Shown: positions 1 to 13,506, counted from the stretch's first letter. The stretch: DNA of 64,000 nucleotides from Tetramitus jugosus (GCA_937625935.1 OW569370.1:124001-188000), one strand, 5' to 3'. Notes: generated by a model not told the origin, from the letters alone. Made by a program: numbers and translations.

Positions 1-214
1 TTTCGGCCATAAAAACTAACAACCGTAACATGGTAAATAGGAGAGCGCTTAAAGTCGAGTTTAGAAATTCACTACAGATGTCACACAAAGTCCTTGCACT
101 TCAGTGTCTTCCAAGGAGGGTTTTGAACCTTCAAGCTTGGAATTTGCTTGCCGGCAGAGACATATCTCACGTTAACTCAACCTCCATGAATGACAACAAC
201 AAAATATTGTCACC

Positions 215-1555
215 ATGTCTGCCAGTGATATGAGCAATAACAACGTAATAATTGAAATTAATTCTACCCTTTGCCGAGACTTATGGTCAAAAGTTATAGA
301 GTTTTGTGACACGAGAGCTTGGTTGTTATTGAGTTACACTTGCAGAGGAATCAATCAATCCAAGTACAATCGATTCCTCATGGGCAACAAGCAGAGAACA
401 CTAAAGATCGATCTGAGTGGTCAAGAAGTTGAACACTGGTTTCAATTGGGACAAGGAACATTGTTTAATGTTTACATGGCATGGAATCGACATGTTGTGG
501 ATGATCATTTCCGATATTTGCAAGGCATCCACACACTCGATATTAGTCATTGTCAACAAATAACAGACAAAGCAATTGTTCATTTATCTGGCATTCACAC
601 ACTCAAAATGCGTGATTGTAGGGGTATCACAGATGATATATTCTCTCACTTGATAGGAATTCATACACTTGATATGAGTTATTGCAGTCAATTGACAGAT
701 CAAGCTATATCCTATCTGACTGGCATTCATACGCTCAGCATGAGTAATTGTCGTGGAATCACTGACAATGCATTCCAATATTTGGCTGGAATTCACACGC
801 TTGACATTAGTGCCTGTGACAATATCACTAACAGTGGGTTTGCTCATTTGAAAGGTGTTCATGCACTCAACATGAGTAATTGTGAGAACATCACAGACCA
901 AGCTATTTCTCATTTGACTGGCATTCATACACTCGATATAAGTAGTTGTAGTTCTATCACTTGCAATGCCTTTGTCCATTTAATTGGTATTCATGCATTG
1001 AATATGGCCCGTTGTGATCAAATCACTGACAATGCGTTCCTTCATTTGGTTGGCATCCACTCACTCGATATAAGTGGCTGCACTAAAGTTACAGACAAAG
1101 CGTTTTCTCATTTGAACGGTCTTCATACACTCAACATGAGAGGTTGCAAGCAAATCACCGACCAAGCTTTTCCTCATTTGAAAGGTATTCATACACTCAA
1201 CATGAGTTCTTGCACCTCAATCACGAACAATGCCTTCGTTCATTTGTCTGGCATTCACACACTAGATGTGGCTTATTGCAATCAAATCACAGACGATGCA
1301 CTTTGTTTGAAAAATGTCCATACGCTCAACCTGAGTGGTTGCAAAAACATCACAGACGAAGCTTTTGTTCATTTAACCACCATTCATTCACTCAATATGG
1401 CTCGATGCCATCAAGAATCAATCACTGAGAAAGCACTCTTGCCCTTGAAGAATCTGCACGAGCTCTATTGGTCTGATTATAATCGAGACACGAACTTTGT
1501 CGAAAGAGTGACTGGGCATTGTGAAGTTCATTCAATATCTCTCGTTTGGAAATGA
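215..1555 (+). CDS. F-box-like N-terminus plus about 14 tandem 22-aa leucine-rich repeats
   Basis: The unit GIHTLD(I/M)SxCxxITDxAFxHLx repeats with a 22-aa period. The N-terminal LCRDLWSKVIEFCD...LSYTCR resembles an F-box. Confidence 0.85.
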   Translation: MSASDMSNNNVIIEINSTLCRDLWSKVIEFCDTRAWLLLSYTCRGINQSKYNRFLMGNKQRTLKIDLSGQEVEHWFQLGQGTLFNVYMAWNRHVVDDHFRYLQGIHTLDISHCQQITDKAIVHLSGIHTLKMRDCRGITDDIFSHLIGIHTLDMSYCSQLTDQAISYLTGIHTLSMSNCRGITDNAFQYLAGIHTLDISACDNITNSGFAHLKGVHALNMSNCENITDQAISHLTGIHTLDISSCSSITCNAFVHLIGIHALNMARCDQITDNAFLHLVGIHSLDISGCTKVTDKAFSHLNGLHTLNMRGCKQITDQAFPHLKGIHTLNMSSCTSITNNAFVHLSGIHTLDVAYCNQITDDALCLKNVHTLNLSGCKNITDEAFVHLTTIHSLNMARCHQESITEKALLPLKNLHELYWSDYNRDTNFVERVTGHCEVHSISLVWK

Positions 1556-2219
1556 CCATAAGATTAAACTGAAAATGTCACAAAACTAATCGGCGATTGC
1601 ACTGAGTTCATGAATCAAATCTCCCCAACTGATAGAGCCAAGTATCAATCAATCATTGATCAGTTGTACCAGCGCTTCTTCTAACTTCCAAAGTGCATCA
1701 ACAAAAGTAGCACAGAGCGATGATACGATGAAACAAAACTTCCTTCAGAATTTTATGAACGTAGCTAACACTAGCCTCCAAACTGCTGTCAACCAGATGA
1801 ATGTACTACAACCGTGTAAACAACCATAACATGCTGAATCAACTCCTCTTCTCTTTTGTTCATTAATTTGGTGCATTGGAACCTGTTAGCTTTGATAGCA
1901 TCTCTGTACACTTTCCCCAAGTACGCTTGAACCTTTAGAAAGATATTTGATCATTGTTGGTTGGTTGTTGCGATTGACAAAATGTATTCTAACTGATAAA
2001 CACACTTGTCTGCTTCAAAGCACCTAATTTGACTCCATGGTTGAGCGAAGTGTTCCACAGCAAGTAAGACCATTTTGTTTCCAACTCGAGTGTTCCTATC
2101 GACATACACTCCATAGACAAAGATTAATTTAGTCTTCAAGAGTGAAGGTCACTAAGGTAATACAACACGATTCTCGTGGAGGTTTAAATGCGAATTTGGA
2201 GACATTGTTAGGACATAGT

Positions 2220-3314
2220 TTACAAAGATATGAAAAACTTTGGTGGTCCTTCAGAATCATTCACCGAAGTGCGAATTTCCGTTTGAATAGGAGGAGGGGG
2301 AGTACTAGCTGTGTCAGGTGAAAATGAATCAGATTGTGATAATGTCCGCTTTTCCTTAAGCACCATACTAGAGCCGTGCCTTGGTGCAGGTGAGCCATGA
2401 TGATCACAAGAATAAATAGGTCTGTATGTGTTTGTCACACTAGAATCAGGACTGATGGGAGAACCATAGGCATGTACGGGTACTTGAGTAGTCCTTGGTA
2501 CAGTTTGATCAATGTTCGTGCTTGAGTTGTCCGTTGTTGTACTTGATGGACTTTGCTTCCGTAAATCTTTACTACTACTGTTGTTGCTACTGGTACCACC
2601 ACCACCACTACTACTATTACTCTCCTTATTGCTGCGTCCACTACCCGTAAACAATCGTTCGAGAAAACCCTTGGGTCGTTCGATTCTCTCTTGTCTTTCA
2701 AACCGCCACAGTTGACTCTTCTTTTGTGGATCAAACTTTGTCATGATGGGTACCTTGTGCTTGGGATCGAAATGAGCTACACAATCCGTATCACTATCCA
2801 GAGCCTTACCCGTCACCACACTCAACACATGAAAACAAGTTTCACTGGATCGGTCATACTTGACCGGTGAAATAATCCACTTGAAATAATCGTTGGATCT
2901 CTGATTCGACAAATTTAAAATCTTGTACGATGACGACAATGAAGAAGAAGCCGACGACGATGACGATGACGAAGATGACGAAGATGACAATGACGACGAT
3001 GAGAGCTTTCTGAGAAAGGGACTAGGGTGTGTCGTCGGCTGAGGCACATTTTCATTCGAATCAAGTACCATGAGCTTACCAGAAATGAAATCTGTTCGTA
3101 TCAGATAGACACCATCCGATGAACCACTAAATGTGGTAGAACGTTCCAGGAGCCATTGATGATTGGCCTTGGGTGGTGCTCCACCATTGTTCCACATGAA
3201 TGGTCGTTTGTACTTTGAATTGAGTTGTTTGACGTGAGGGGCTGCGGCATTACAATCGATGCACATGTCAGAGACGACACTTGTGATGCGATAGTATCCA
3301 GTCTCTAGCAGCAT
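2220..3314 (-). CDS. Ricin-B (beta-trefoil) lectin-like protein with Ser-rich low-complexity insert and tail
   Basis: Three YxIxSxxSxxxxD...QxW-like units (HQW, FKW, SQLW). Confidence 0.6.
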   Translation of the reverse strand: MLLETGYYRITSVVSDMCIDCNAAAPHVKQLNSKYKRPFMWNNGGAPPKANHQWLLERSTTFSGSSDGVYLIRTDFISGKLMVLDSNENVPQPTTHPSPFLRKLSSSSLSSSSSSSSSSSSASSSLSSSYKILNLSNQRSNDYFKWIISPVKYDRSSETCFHVLSVVTGKALDSDTDCVAHFDPKHKVPIMTKFDPQKKSQLWRFERQERIERPKGFLERLFTGSGRSNKESNSSSGGGGTSSNNSSSKDLRKQSPSSTTTDNSSTNIDQTVPRTTQVPVHAYGSPISPDSSVTNTYRPIYSCDHHGSPAPRHGSSMVLKEKRTLSQSDSFSPDTASTPPPPIQTEIRTSVNDSEGPPKFFISL

Positions 3315-3477
3315 TTTTCTTCTTATTGCTCGTTTTTTTTTCGTCTGGGTAGGAGTTGAAAAGATAGCAGCAGGACTTTTTTTTAGGCCTTACTGACATC
3401 CATCATGAAGATTTCGTTGAAGGTTCCAGAGAAAGAACTTGATTTACGAAACTTTGGTCACCAAAGCGAAAAAAAGA

Positions 3478-4323
3478 ATGCAACAACTGAGCCGAGATGA
3501 ATTGTTTGTAATTTATGAGTACCTTGATCTGAAGTCCATTTTGAACTTTAGCTTAGTGTCTCACGATGCCAGTAAGTGGTTGGTTGATGGAAATTCTTGC
3601 ATCTGGTCTCCCGTCAGTCACCGCTTTACTTACTACACACAATTGAACCCAGCAAAACTTACATGGAAGATTGGTCAATATCTGCAAAAGTTTGGAACGT
3701 ACAAGGGCGTTATTCAACAATTCATGTTGTACCGGTTCTGTGACGAATATGAGAATGAAAACAACTGGAAGCACGTCAACACATTTTTGAACCACAGAAG
3801 AACGTTAAAGACTGATGATACGGAGTGGCAAACATTTAAGATCAATGTTCCTTTGGAGCTAGGTAAAGTATACTCGTGGGACTTTGTGTTGGATGAGTAT
3901 TCGGGCAAACTTAATACGTACAACGTACTACTCGGTCTCAGTACATTCCAAGAAGATGCGCGAGGAGTGAATTTGAAACAATCACTGGTAGGATGCGATA
4001 GCAATGTTGGGATATCCCTCAACGTTGGTCGCATAAAACTGCACTATGGCTGTCCTAGTCTAACGTCATTTGCCATGAAGCAGAGCCAGGTGGATCTTCA
4101 AGCGAAAGCAGGAGATGTATTCACTTTCATACTCGACACCAAAGGATCCAAGTACCACAGCGCGACAAGAAGCAAAGTCAATCTCACCCTCTACTTGAAT
4201 GGATCATTGTTGACCTCACTCGCCGTATCTCTCCATTCAAGTGAAGGTCACAAGTTCTATCCAGGCATTTCAACGATACATGCCCAAACAATTACACTAC
4301 GACCCAGTCATCTATCCTTATAG
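3478..4323 (+). CDS. F-box + SPRY/B30.2-like domain protein
   Basis: LSRDELFVIYEYLD...FSLVS is F-box-like. GKVYSWDF, VLLGLS, GDVFTFILD, LYLNG and FYPGIS are SPRY-like motifs. First ATG is at 3478. Confidence 0.75.
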   Translation: MQQLSRDELFVIYEYLDLKSILNFSLVSHDASKWLVDGNSCIWSPVSHRFTYYTQLNPAKLTWKIGQYLQKFGTYKGVIQQFMLYRFCDEYENENNWKHVNTFLNHRRTLKTDDTEWQTFKINVPLELGKVYSWDFVLDEYSGKLNTYNVLLGLSTFQEDARGVNLKQSLVGCDSNVGISLNVGRIKLHYGCPSLTSFAMKQSQVDLQAKAGDVFTFILDTKGSKYHSATRSKVNLTLYLNGSLLTSLAVSLHSSEGHKFYPGISTIHAQTITLRPSHLSL

Positions 4324-5185
4324 TGAGTTCACGCACAACAAAAATACAACACTGTGTTGCAGCAGTACTATACAATCATATATGGACATGGAACGCACTC
4401 TATTTATTTGTCGTGTCACTCTGCTGTTGCAACTCAAACTTGTAATTCATCAATTCTTTTGACAAGTTGACCAAGCCGTCCTTTGCTGCCACAATATTCT
4501 TGTTTACAATCTTTGGATTCTTTTCGTTCTTGCATTTCTTGAATGATGACACAATTTCTTGTCGATATTTCTGAGCGAGAGATTACGGATGTGTGTAAAG
4601 TTGCAGTTGTGATAAAAATTTGCTCAATCACACAAATGAAAATGCATACCTTTTGCCGATCAACTGGAAATTGATGGGTCAGCCGCAACAATTGCATAAA
4701 AAGACTCAGGGACTCGTTTCGCTTCCGCTTGTTGGCTGCTGTTACGGGCTTCTTGAACTGCTTGACTAAACCAAAAATGACCATTTTTTGTTGTGTTTTT
4801 GTGTGAAGTTCCTCGCGGCTCTGGAAGTGGAGTTTTCTTTACAGTTCGTCCTTGGCGCCTTTTTGATCGCGCTTCTGAATTTCTAGTCGTTACGAAAAAG
4901 TTCTCTTGCTTCTCCCGCGGTCGTCCATCTTTTTTTCGTTAAGTGTACAAAAATTTGATGCACCACAAGCTCTCTAACACAACACTCTCTAGTTTCGCTC
5001 ATTGACACATACCCACACACGGTTACGAGCCTGATCCTTTTTAGACATCGTCCACTGTGCCTAGCAACTTCTTCTTATTAATCCCCTCGTTTGAAACAAA
5101 AGGGATATTCGCTCATAGAGGTATTACTCACTATTGATATACATATAAATCGTATCACATTTGATACCAAGAAAAAAACAACAGA

Positions 5186-7657
5186 ATGAACATGAATAAT
5201 GTTGGTGTAAAGACTTTGGCCTTTCAGAGGCCAGCTCCAAGAACTTCCTCGTCGTCGTCTTCTGGTCCAATGTCCTCTCGCTTGACTCCATCCTCTCGGT
5301 ATGCTCAGTCATCTCCTTCTACGACTAGCTCTACGACTTCTCGTCGTGCTTCTAGTGCCACCTATAGCAGCACTTCAAGTAGCATTGCTAGTGGCGGTGT
5401 GAGCACAACAGTTTATGAGAGAACAAGGGAGTGTGGTGAAATTTTGAGAACGTACACTGTTGGAAAGCTCTTGGGAAAGGGTGGATTTGCAAAGGTTTAT
5501 GAGTTTGTAGACACATCGACAGGCAAATTAAGTGCTGCCAAGGTGATTGATAAGAATTCCTTGAAGAAGGAAAAGATGAAACAAAAGCTACTGACTGAGA
5601 TCAAGATTCATAAGTCAATGCGTCATAGGAACATTGTGAACTTTGAGCACTTTTTTAATGATGAGAAGAATGTCTACATCGTGCTAGAAGTTTGCCATTG
5701 TCATGTAAGTACCCACTACTATTATTGATTCAGTCTTCTATTATTCATCATCTAACACCCTTGTTGTTTGTGTAGTCGATGCTAGAGCTATTGAAAAAGA
5801 AGCAAAGATTAAATGAAGCAGAGGCCAAGTTCCTCATGTACCAAATATTGACCGGTGTGCAATACATGCACTCCAACTTGGTCATTCATCGAGATTTAAA
5901 GCTCGGAAACTTTTTCCTAACAGAAAACATGGAAGTGAAGATTGGTGACTTTGGACTGGCAGCTCAGTTGGAGTTTGATGGCCAACGAAAACAAACAATA
6001 TGTGGTACTCCAAATTATATCGCACCGTATGTCAATGAAATACTTTTTATTGTCTGGGTTTGGACAAACTTTAGCTAACCATCCCAAATATTTATCTATT
6101 AATAGGGAGATTTTACATCAAATGGGTCATAGTTATGAAGTCGATGTTTGGTCGATTGGTGTTATTCTATTTACGATGCTTGTTGGGACACCGCCATTCG
6201 AGACTGATGACGTAAAGAAAACGTACAGAAAGATTAAAGCAAACATTTATTCATTCCCTGATGAGATTTATGTCAGTGAATGTGCCAAGAATTTAATTAG
6301 GCGAATTTTGAATCCTGATCCTTCGCAAAGACCCTCCGTAAGGGAAATAATGAATGATAAGTTCTTCACCATGGCACAACAAACTCAATGCCCACCTTCT
6401 CTTCGTCAATACGCACAAGAGAATGCATCGGCTCCACCATTGTCTAGAAATATTCAACTCGAACAGCGATCGTCACCACTTGCAACTCGATCACCATTCC
6501 AGACTATTACAAATGTTCGACCAGACAAGACTGGATTGACTTCTCCATCTCCTGCCAAGAAGAGCTTCCCTAAGGCTACATATGCACCATACACAAGGAC
6601 GTCAACGACACCGAACAAGTATGTTCCATCAACTAGGCCAGCGACCGGATTGACTTCGTCTGCAAAGAGATTTGCCGCAGATGGATTCGATAGTCACTTA
6701 CCTTCTGCCAGGGCGATGACACCAAGTCCTCAATCAGTGAGGTCATCACCTACCGCAAAGGATGATTTAGTAACACGACCATTTTCAGCTCAGGCCACAG
6801 CACGAACGAACAATAGATCAAGTGCTCCAACCACAGATGACGATGTCGCTAATTTGACGAGCATGCACGACAATCTGACTCACAGTCTTCAGCGAGCAAT
6901 ACCAATGGACCGTATCATCAATACTCCCAACACAGTGCCATCAAATATTGTTGCTCCTGTGATCGAGAGACCGATGATGGAAGACATGGAGATGGAAGAT
7001 ATCGAGATAGAAGATGATGACGCGGAGATCCGTGATCCTGAGGCATGGGTCACTCAATGGGCTGATTTCTCTGGCAAGTATGGTCTAGCATATAAGCTAA
7101 ACAATGGTTATGTTGGAGCGCACTACAATGATGCAACAAAGCTTGTGTGGAAGGTCGAGTCGAGCACCATTGACTATATGGAAAGAAAGAAGACTTCTAC
7201 AGGTTCTTATGACGAAAGACAAACATTTGGCTCTTCAAACACTCCCGAGTTCTTGAACAAGAAGATCACATTGATCAAATACTTTAAACAATATCTTGAG
7301 AATGAACAAAAGAACAAGGAAAAGGGCAGCGGCGATTGTGGTTCATGTGGATTTACCGGACAAACACCAGCGAACAAGAGCAATGATGATGTGTACGTGA
7401 AAAGGTGGTTGCGGACTCGACACGCGGTCATATTTAGGTTGAGCAACAAAATTATTCAAGTTTCATTCTTCGACCACACAGAGATTATTTTGTCTAGCGA
7501 AGCAAGACTTGTAACATATACCGATCATGACGGAAAGAGAAGTACATACTCATTGAAGACTGTAATGAAAGATCCACAACCAGATTTGGCAAAGAGGTTA
7601 AAGTATACCAAGGATATTCTTTATCAATTAATTAGTAAGCAAGGAACGAGCTCATAA
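5186..7657 (+). CDS. PLK1: Polo-like kinase; exons 5186-5704, 5776-6026, 6106-7657
   Basis: Kinase motifs [26 protein letters not shown] and [10 protein letters not shown] (restored by splicing). Polo boxes [16 protein letters not shown] and [18 protein letters not shown]. Both GT-AG introns carry CTAAC and keep the frame. Confidence 0.95.
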
Positions 7658-7780
7658 GGTCTCAACATTTAAACTTATGGTTTGATACATAAAAGTTGTC
7701 ATCCACTACAATTATGCCAGTCGTGTATTATTGTCGAACCACACTAACATTTACGATGAAACGAATACAACATTAAATAT

Positions 7781-10258
7781 TTACTTGACTCTGAACCCGA
7801 ATCTGTTAGTGGCTCTGGTCGCCTTTTTAGCTTGATTGTTGGCTGAGGGAGTGTAAAGGACATCTTCAAAATTTTCCAGTCCTTCGATAACGCTCAGATT
7901 GATGTGGTTCTGAGTTTCTTCAGTGTCATCTCCCTCATTGCTCTCTTGCGCTTCATGGAAAGGATAAAGATTGGCTTGTTGTAAGCTCCGAGGGAATATG
8001 GAAGCGATTGTCCGAGGTGGGCTATTCGGACTCGTAAACCCGGATTGGCTCTCCTGGTACTGACTTGGAGTACCTACTCCTTGTGGATAGGGAGAAAGTA
8101 GCAGTGTTGCCTCTTGTTTTTTGCGAACAGGTGAAGGAGATTGAATGTTGGACGAGTAACCAATAGATGGGTAGGGACTCATGGCATGCTTACTCGAGTG
8201 TTTAGGTTCTGTAGATAGATAATACTGAACAACAGAAGCAGAATTATCTCGTGACTGTGAGTGTGCAGGTTTCTTCTGTTCAGTCTTGTTTGTCACTGGT
8301 CGTTTTTTCGTCACGGATGTTGTCTGGGGTTGGGGATTAGCACTGGCATCAGATACGGCCCCCCTCATAGATGAAACACTTCGTGGTTCAATTAGGTCGG
8401 CTTTCGCTGCATTGTAGTTGTTTGGGAGTTGTTCTAGCATGATTTCTTGCTTGACAGCTTTCTGTTTCCTGGATTGTTCTTCGGCAAACTTACGAATACG
8501 TTCGTCTCTCTTCTGAAAGTGAAGTCGTCTCTTACTTTCAACCTCCTCTTGTTCCTTCCTCCTTCTATCTTCCTCTTTGCGCTTTGCTTCCGCTGCTCTT
8601 TGAGCTGCCTTCTTGCGTGACTCGTCAATCTTGAGTTTGTCTAGCAGAACTTTCTCTTGGTTTTGTTGATTTGTTTCTTCTTCCTTTTCCTCTTCTAGTT
8701 CCTCCTCCTGTATAATTTGTTGTACAATTTCTCGTGATTTACTCTGTTGTCTCTCTCTTTCAAGTTGCTTTCGCTGTTTTTCCTTCAACAACTCCAAGTT
8801 TCTCTGCTTTTCAAGCTCCTTCTGCTGCCTCAACTCCTCTTCCTCCTTTTTCTTCCGTTGAAGCTCCATTGCTCTCTGCTTTGCCAACTTGTGACCATTT
8901 TCTACACTTACCTTGTATTCTTTCTTCGGTAGTTCTTCTTGTAGGGCACCTATTCTCTTCGTTTTATCTCTCGATTTTACTTCAGTAGAAGTGTTGGTAT
9001 CTGGGATGTGTTGTTTGTTACCTCTTTGTTGTCTTTGCATTTCTTCAATCGATATTTGAGGTTGAGTTGTAGTGTTAGGTTCATGGTTAGGTGTGTGTTG
9101 ATGTGATGAGATTTGCTCGGGATAGTGTAAAATTTGGGGAAGATGGCCTGATAATTGCTTGGTTTCCTCAATACAAACTGAGTAAGAGTAGTTAAGACCT
9201 TCACACTCTTGGATATACTTTGCTTTCAGCATTTCCAGTAACGACAGGCTCTGTTGCAAGAGCTCCTCTTCGTGATGCGAGTTGTTTCGAATTTCTACAA
9301 AATCTAATTCCATTAGTATTCGATCTCTTTCTGCTCTTTGTCTCGTTAAATCCATACTTAGTTGTACACACCTCTCCCGAAGTCGGTCAACATTTCTCTT
9401 ACTCTCTTCGAACAGCATTCGGTGTCCTGACTGCTGAATTTGTGGTGTAATCATAGAGTAAGCGTTGGACATGGTCATTGGTGACTTTGGGATGGGACTA
9501 CGAGGACGTTGTTGCTCGATCGTAACAGTAGGGTTCTGGATATTAGTAGGATGATATACAAACGAAGTAGTTCTTTCTTTGTTGCGGGTAACGTTTTGTG
9601 CATTCGAAGAACTAGCAGGCGTAGATGAATAGAGTTCTCTTCTGCTATAGTAGTCTGCAATTTTCTTACGAACCGCATGTATATTCTGATACCATTGACT
9701 TGTCCACTCTTTGATCCCCTGTTCGGTTACGAAGTAGATTGTAGCACTAAAATGTAAGTTCATGAACCAGGAAGATGTTCGATAGATTCACCTCGTGACA
9801 GTGTAAGTACTTACTTCTACACTAAATGGAACTATTTCTGGTTCAATCTGTATGCATTCGCAAATTTCTCCCCATATCTCCTTGATTTGTTCCAACTTCT
9901 CATCAATCTTCTCTTGGCCCTCCCATTTGCACATAATTTGCACTTGAAGTATCACTCCATTTCGAAACTCATTCACCTTTCGTGCAACAAATTGTTAGTC
10001 GCTATTTCTTCAAATGAGTTGATAATCTCTGCTATTAAGAACATCATATTGTACCTTCTTTTCGAGCTCTTCGCGAGAGTACTTTGGAACGTGTGGTTCA
10101 GGTTCTTCTTCCAAATCTTCGGATGATGAGATGTAACCATCGTCGTCAATATCACTTGAATCAAGATCGCTACTATCGTACAATTCTTCATCCTCTTCAC
10201 CTTCGTACTCTGGTCTAAGACCACCATACTCTTCGTATGGTTGAGATGGTTGGTACAT
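7781..10258 (-). CDS. Coiled-coil protein of unknown function; exons 10258-10055, 9976-9815, 9718-7781
   Basis: GT-AG introns join three track ORFs in frame. Long E/K/R/Q charged helical region. Confidence 0.7.
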
Positions 10259-10317
10259 TTGTTGTTTCACAATTTGGCGCGAGCTTAACTGTTGCAAAAA
10301 TCAAAATATTAGGACGA

Positions 10318-12797
10318 TCAATTGTTTCGTTTTATCTGTTTCCATTTAGCATAGGTTTCGATCATTGTTGGCGTAATGGAAGGGCGAACCGATAAGAATG
10401 CACTTTCAAAGTGCTTTGGCTCAATTTGATTTGCGGATAGAGATTCACACAGTGCATTGAGACCAGCTTGTTGACAAATGTTGACGATATCAGCTCCAGT
10501 GAAATAAGTACTTGTTCTGGACACATATTGTGGTATGCTGTCCATCACTTGCTCTGTAACCTTCATCTTCTTCAGTGTCATATTAAAGATGGCTGTCCTG
10601 GCATCAGCATCTGGGGCACCAACGAGTAATGCGTGTTCGATACGTCCAGGTCTCAATATGCTGGGATCAATGTTCTGTGGCACGTTCGTAGCAGCAATGA
10701 GAATCACATTGACAGGATTCTTGGAGAATGATCGAGCATCGTCTACAGAATCTAACTCTAGCAACAACTGTGAAATGAGCTTTTGTTGCTCCTTTGTGAC
10801 ATCTCTTCGATCTCCAAACATGGCTTGTATCTCATCGAAGAATATCACACATGGACTCGCAAGCTTGGCACGACTAAATATCTTGGCCAATGTCTTTTCT
10901 GATTCTCCAATCTCAGATTTGATCAGATCTGGAATGTTGATCGAAATAAAATTGGCGTTGGCTGCTGTGGCAACTGCTTTTGCTATCAATGTTTTGCCTG
11001 TTGTAAAGAAAATTGTGAGTCAATAATCAGTTGATGAAATGGTTGAGATACACAGCAAATAATATTAATATGTGCGATAAACTTACCTGTGCCCGGAGCT
11101 CCATACAATAGTAATCCAGTAGGTGGTTTTATGCTCATTCTCTCATAAGCTTGTCTATACTTCATTGGCCATACAATCATCTCGTCGAGTTTTTGCTTAA
11201 TGTCGTGCAGACCACCAATGTCTTCCCATTTAGTCTCAGGTGCCTCGGGAGTAACCATACTGAACGATGTTTCCTTTGTTGAATATGGTTTGTGATCCTT
11301 GATTGCCGATAAAATGTCACCAAGTGTTACTATGTCCTTTTGTGAGTGACTAAGCGACTTGAACACTGTTCGAATATCTGATTGGACAAATCCATGACAC
11401 TTCATATTGATTGCCGATATACATTGTTCTAAATTATCAATCAATTTCGGATCACAATTGACTAGATTCTTCACTGCGGCTCTTAGCAACTCATATCGCT
11501 CCTTTGTGGAAGGAACATCAATAAATACTTCTTCATCAAACTTTTTGCGCACAAATGGATCCAATGCGTGAATATTACTCGTTATCGCAATAATACATGC
11601 ACCGGTCTTGGCATTCTCAAGTATCGAAATAAACTCATTCACGAGCTGCTTATCCTTGTCATATTCATACGATGGCAACAACGTGTCTAACTCATCAATA
11701 ACAAATAAAATAGGACTCATATCAACTGCTCTCTCATACTCGGATCCAAAATGAGCCAATCCCTGTTCTGAATCATATGATTGAGCGTATATATCACTTG
11801 GTGATAGCCGTCTTATCTTGACGCCCATGCGGTGTGATATCCGTTGAATCATACTGCCCTTTCCAACACCCCTTGGTCCATACACAAGAAAACTTCTTGG
11901 TGGTTTCAGGGTATGAATAGAGGAGGAAGACTCGGATCCTCTCAATAAACCAAGAGAAAACATAATCAAACTCTCAAAACTCCTCTCCTGATCGTCGACG
12001 ACAACAAATGATTCAGCACTGCCATTTTCAAGTGGTAAATGATTTGAAACAGCATCAACTGTGAATGCCTCTAAATGCACCATCGTAATCAACGGATCCA
12101 CATATCCCCAATCAGATTCTCGATCAGTCACAGGTGGCATGCCCTGACACAGCACTGCATAGTCATAATACTCTACTGTTTGTTCTCCATCAGGGAACAA
12201 CTCTGAAGGTATCGACAGAACAGAATGATTCCGAACAAAATGAGCATTGTGCAAGCAATATTCAACATAATCAGAACACAAATCACTCGTGTGTATCGAC
12301 AATGGATACAAGGTCACACTCTTCCAAATATTCACCATACTATAATTGTCCATCACTCTATCAATTCTAATTGCACAATTGCATTCCCTCTCATCGTCGT
12401 CATCATTATCATCATCATTCAATGATGGTTTTTTCAACATCAAATTTTTCATCAAATGATCATTCAAATAAATTTCTCGAACCACGTCGCTATCGCTATA
12501 CTTTTGCCTTACGATACCAATAGAAACATCCATGTACAATTTGATCATCATCTCTTCTTCTACTTTTAATGCTATATCGACAACTGAAATGACAACAATC
12601 AAATGATTGTCAGGCAACAATTGTTTCACATGAAAGTGATTCATAATGAGTCGCATGCACATGGGAGAAACAACAGCATATTGTTCCGTTGCACGACATT
12701 TTCCAATGCGTTCACTGGGTCGAATATTGGCCTGTAGGGAATTGAATCGTTTGACAGTCAGTGACAAGCCTTCTTGTTGTTGTTTTTTGATTGTCAT
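10318..12797 (-). CDS. Double-AAA ATPase, CDC48/AFG2(SPATA5)-like; intron 10998-11086
   Basis: D1 has GPRGVGKG and FVIDE. D2 has WEDIGGL, GAPGTG|KT (split by a GTAAGT intron), IFFDE and the RPGR second region of homology. Confidence 0.88.
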
Positions 12798-12955
12798 TGT
12801 TGGTAAAGTTTTGTTTACTTTGCTTTTGTTGCGTTTTTGTTTGTGTGTAATTTTTTTTTTTGCATATTTGAAGGTTCAACAACATTGGTTGGTTGTATGT
12901 GGATTATTTTAATAGTGTATGTCGCTTAGTTGTTCGAGTGTGGTAGTAGTATGTG

Positions 12956-13506
12956 TCAATTGGTGTGTCGATCGTTGCTATAGGGCCGAAGGATCTTGAA
13001 CGTGTGTGTTTGCTTGACTACTCCAGTAGTTGTAGTGGTGTTGCTTGTTGGCGTTGGAAGTGAGGTGGGAACAAAAGCTTTACGGAATCCCTTGTACCGC
13101 CCTAGGAGATAACTCACAGAAAAGGCAGACACGGACAGCAATACAGTTGTATAGACACTTTCTATTCTGTAATCCTTCTTCAACTCCTTGGATAATTGGT
13201 TGTCGGTGCTTTGCAACATTTGTTTTGACTGCTCACTTGTGAGTAACATTTTCTTTCGATGTTCTATAATTTGAATCCTGTTTACAAAATGACCGGTCCA
13301 TAAAAATTTATGCAGGAGAGTAAATACAAACCGTAAAAACAACAATGTAAATTCATGCAAGAACTCAAAGAAAAAACGAACCTCTTTTCTTGAATGGCTT
13401 TAATCTCACTCTCCAGTGAGCTATGGTGGTGAGACAAGTACCAATACATTCCCCATGCACTTGCACAAGAGAATACTGTGGCCAACGTGGACCAATTATT
13501 GCTCAT
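12956..13506 (-). CDS. Small two-TM/coiled-coil membrane protein; intron 13278-13381
   Basis: A GT-AG intron joins ORFs 13282-13578 and 12956-13360 in frame. Two hydrophobic segments. Confidence 0.55.

Noticed and set aside
520-1420. Regular 66-bp periodicity suggestive of a CRISPR-like array
   Set aside because: It is the coding LRR repeat, with degenerate synonymous variation and no unique spacers or cas genes.
1560-2200. Possible pseudogene fragments between the LRR and lectin genes
   Set aside because: No recognisable motif and the fragments are too short to support a call.
4434-4784. 116-aa minus-strand ORF
   Set aside because: No recognisable domain. It may be a decayed gene but cannot be supported.
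4840-4930. E2F-like GGCGC/CCCGC motifs upstream of PLK (also TTTGGCGC at about 10273)
   Set aside because: Short motifs with imperfect matches that cannot be distinguished from chance without genome-wide statistics.
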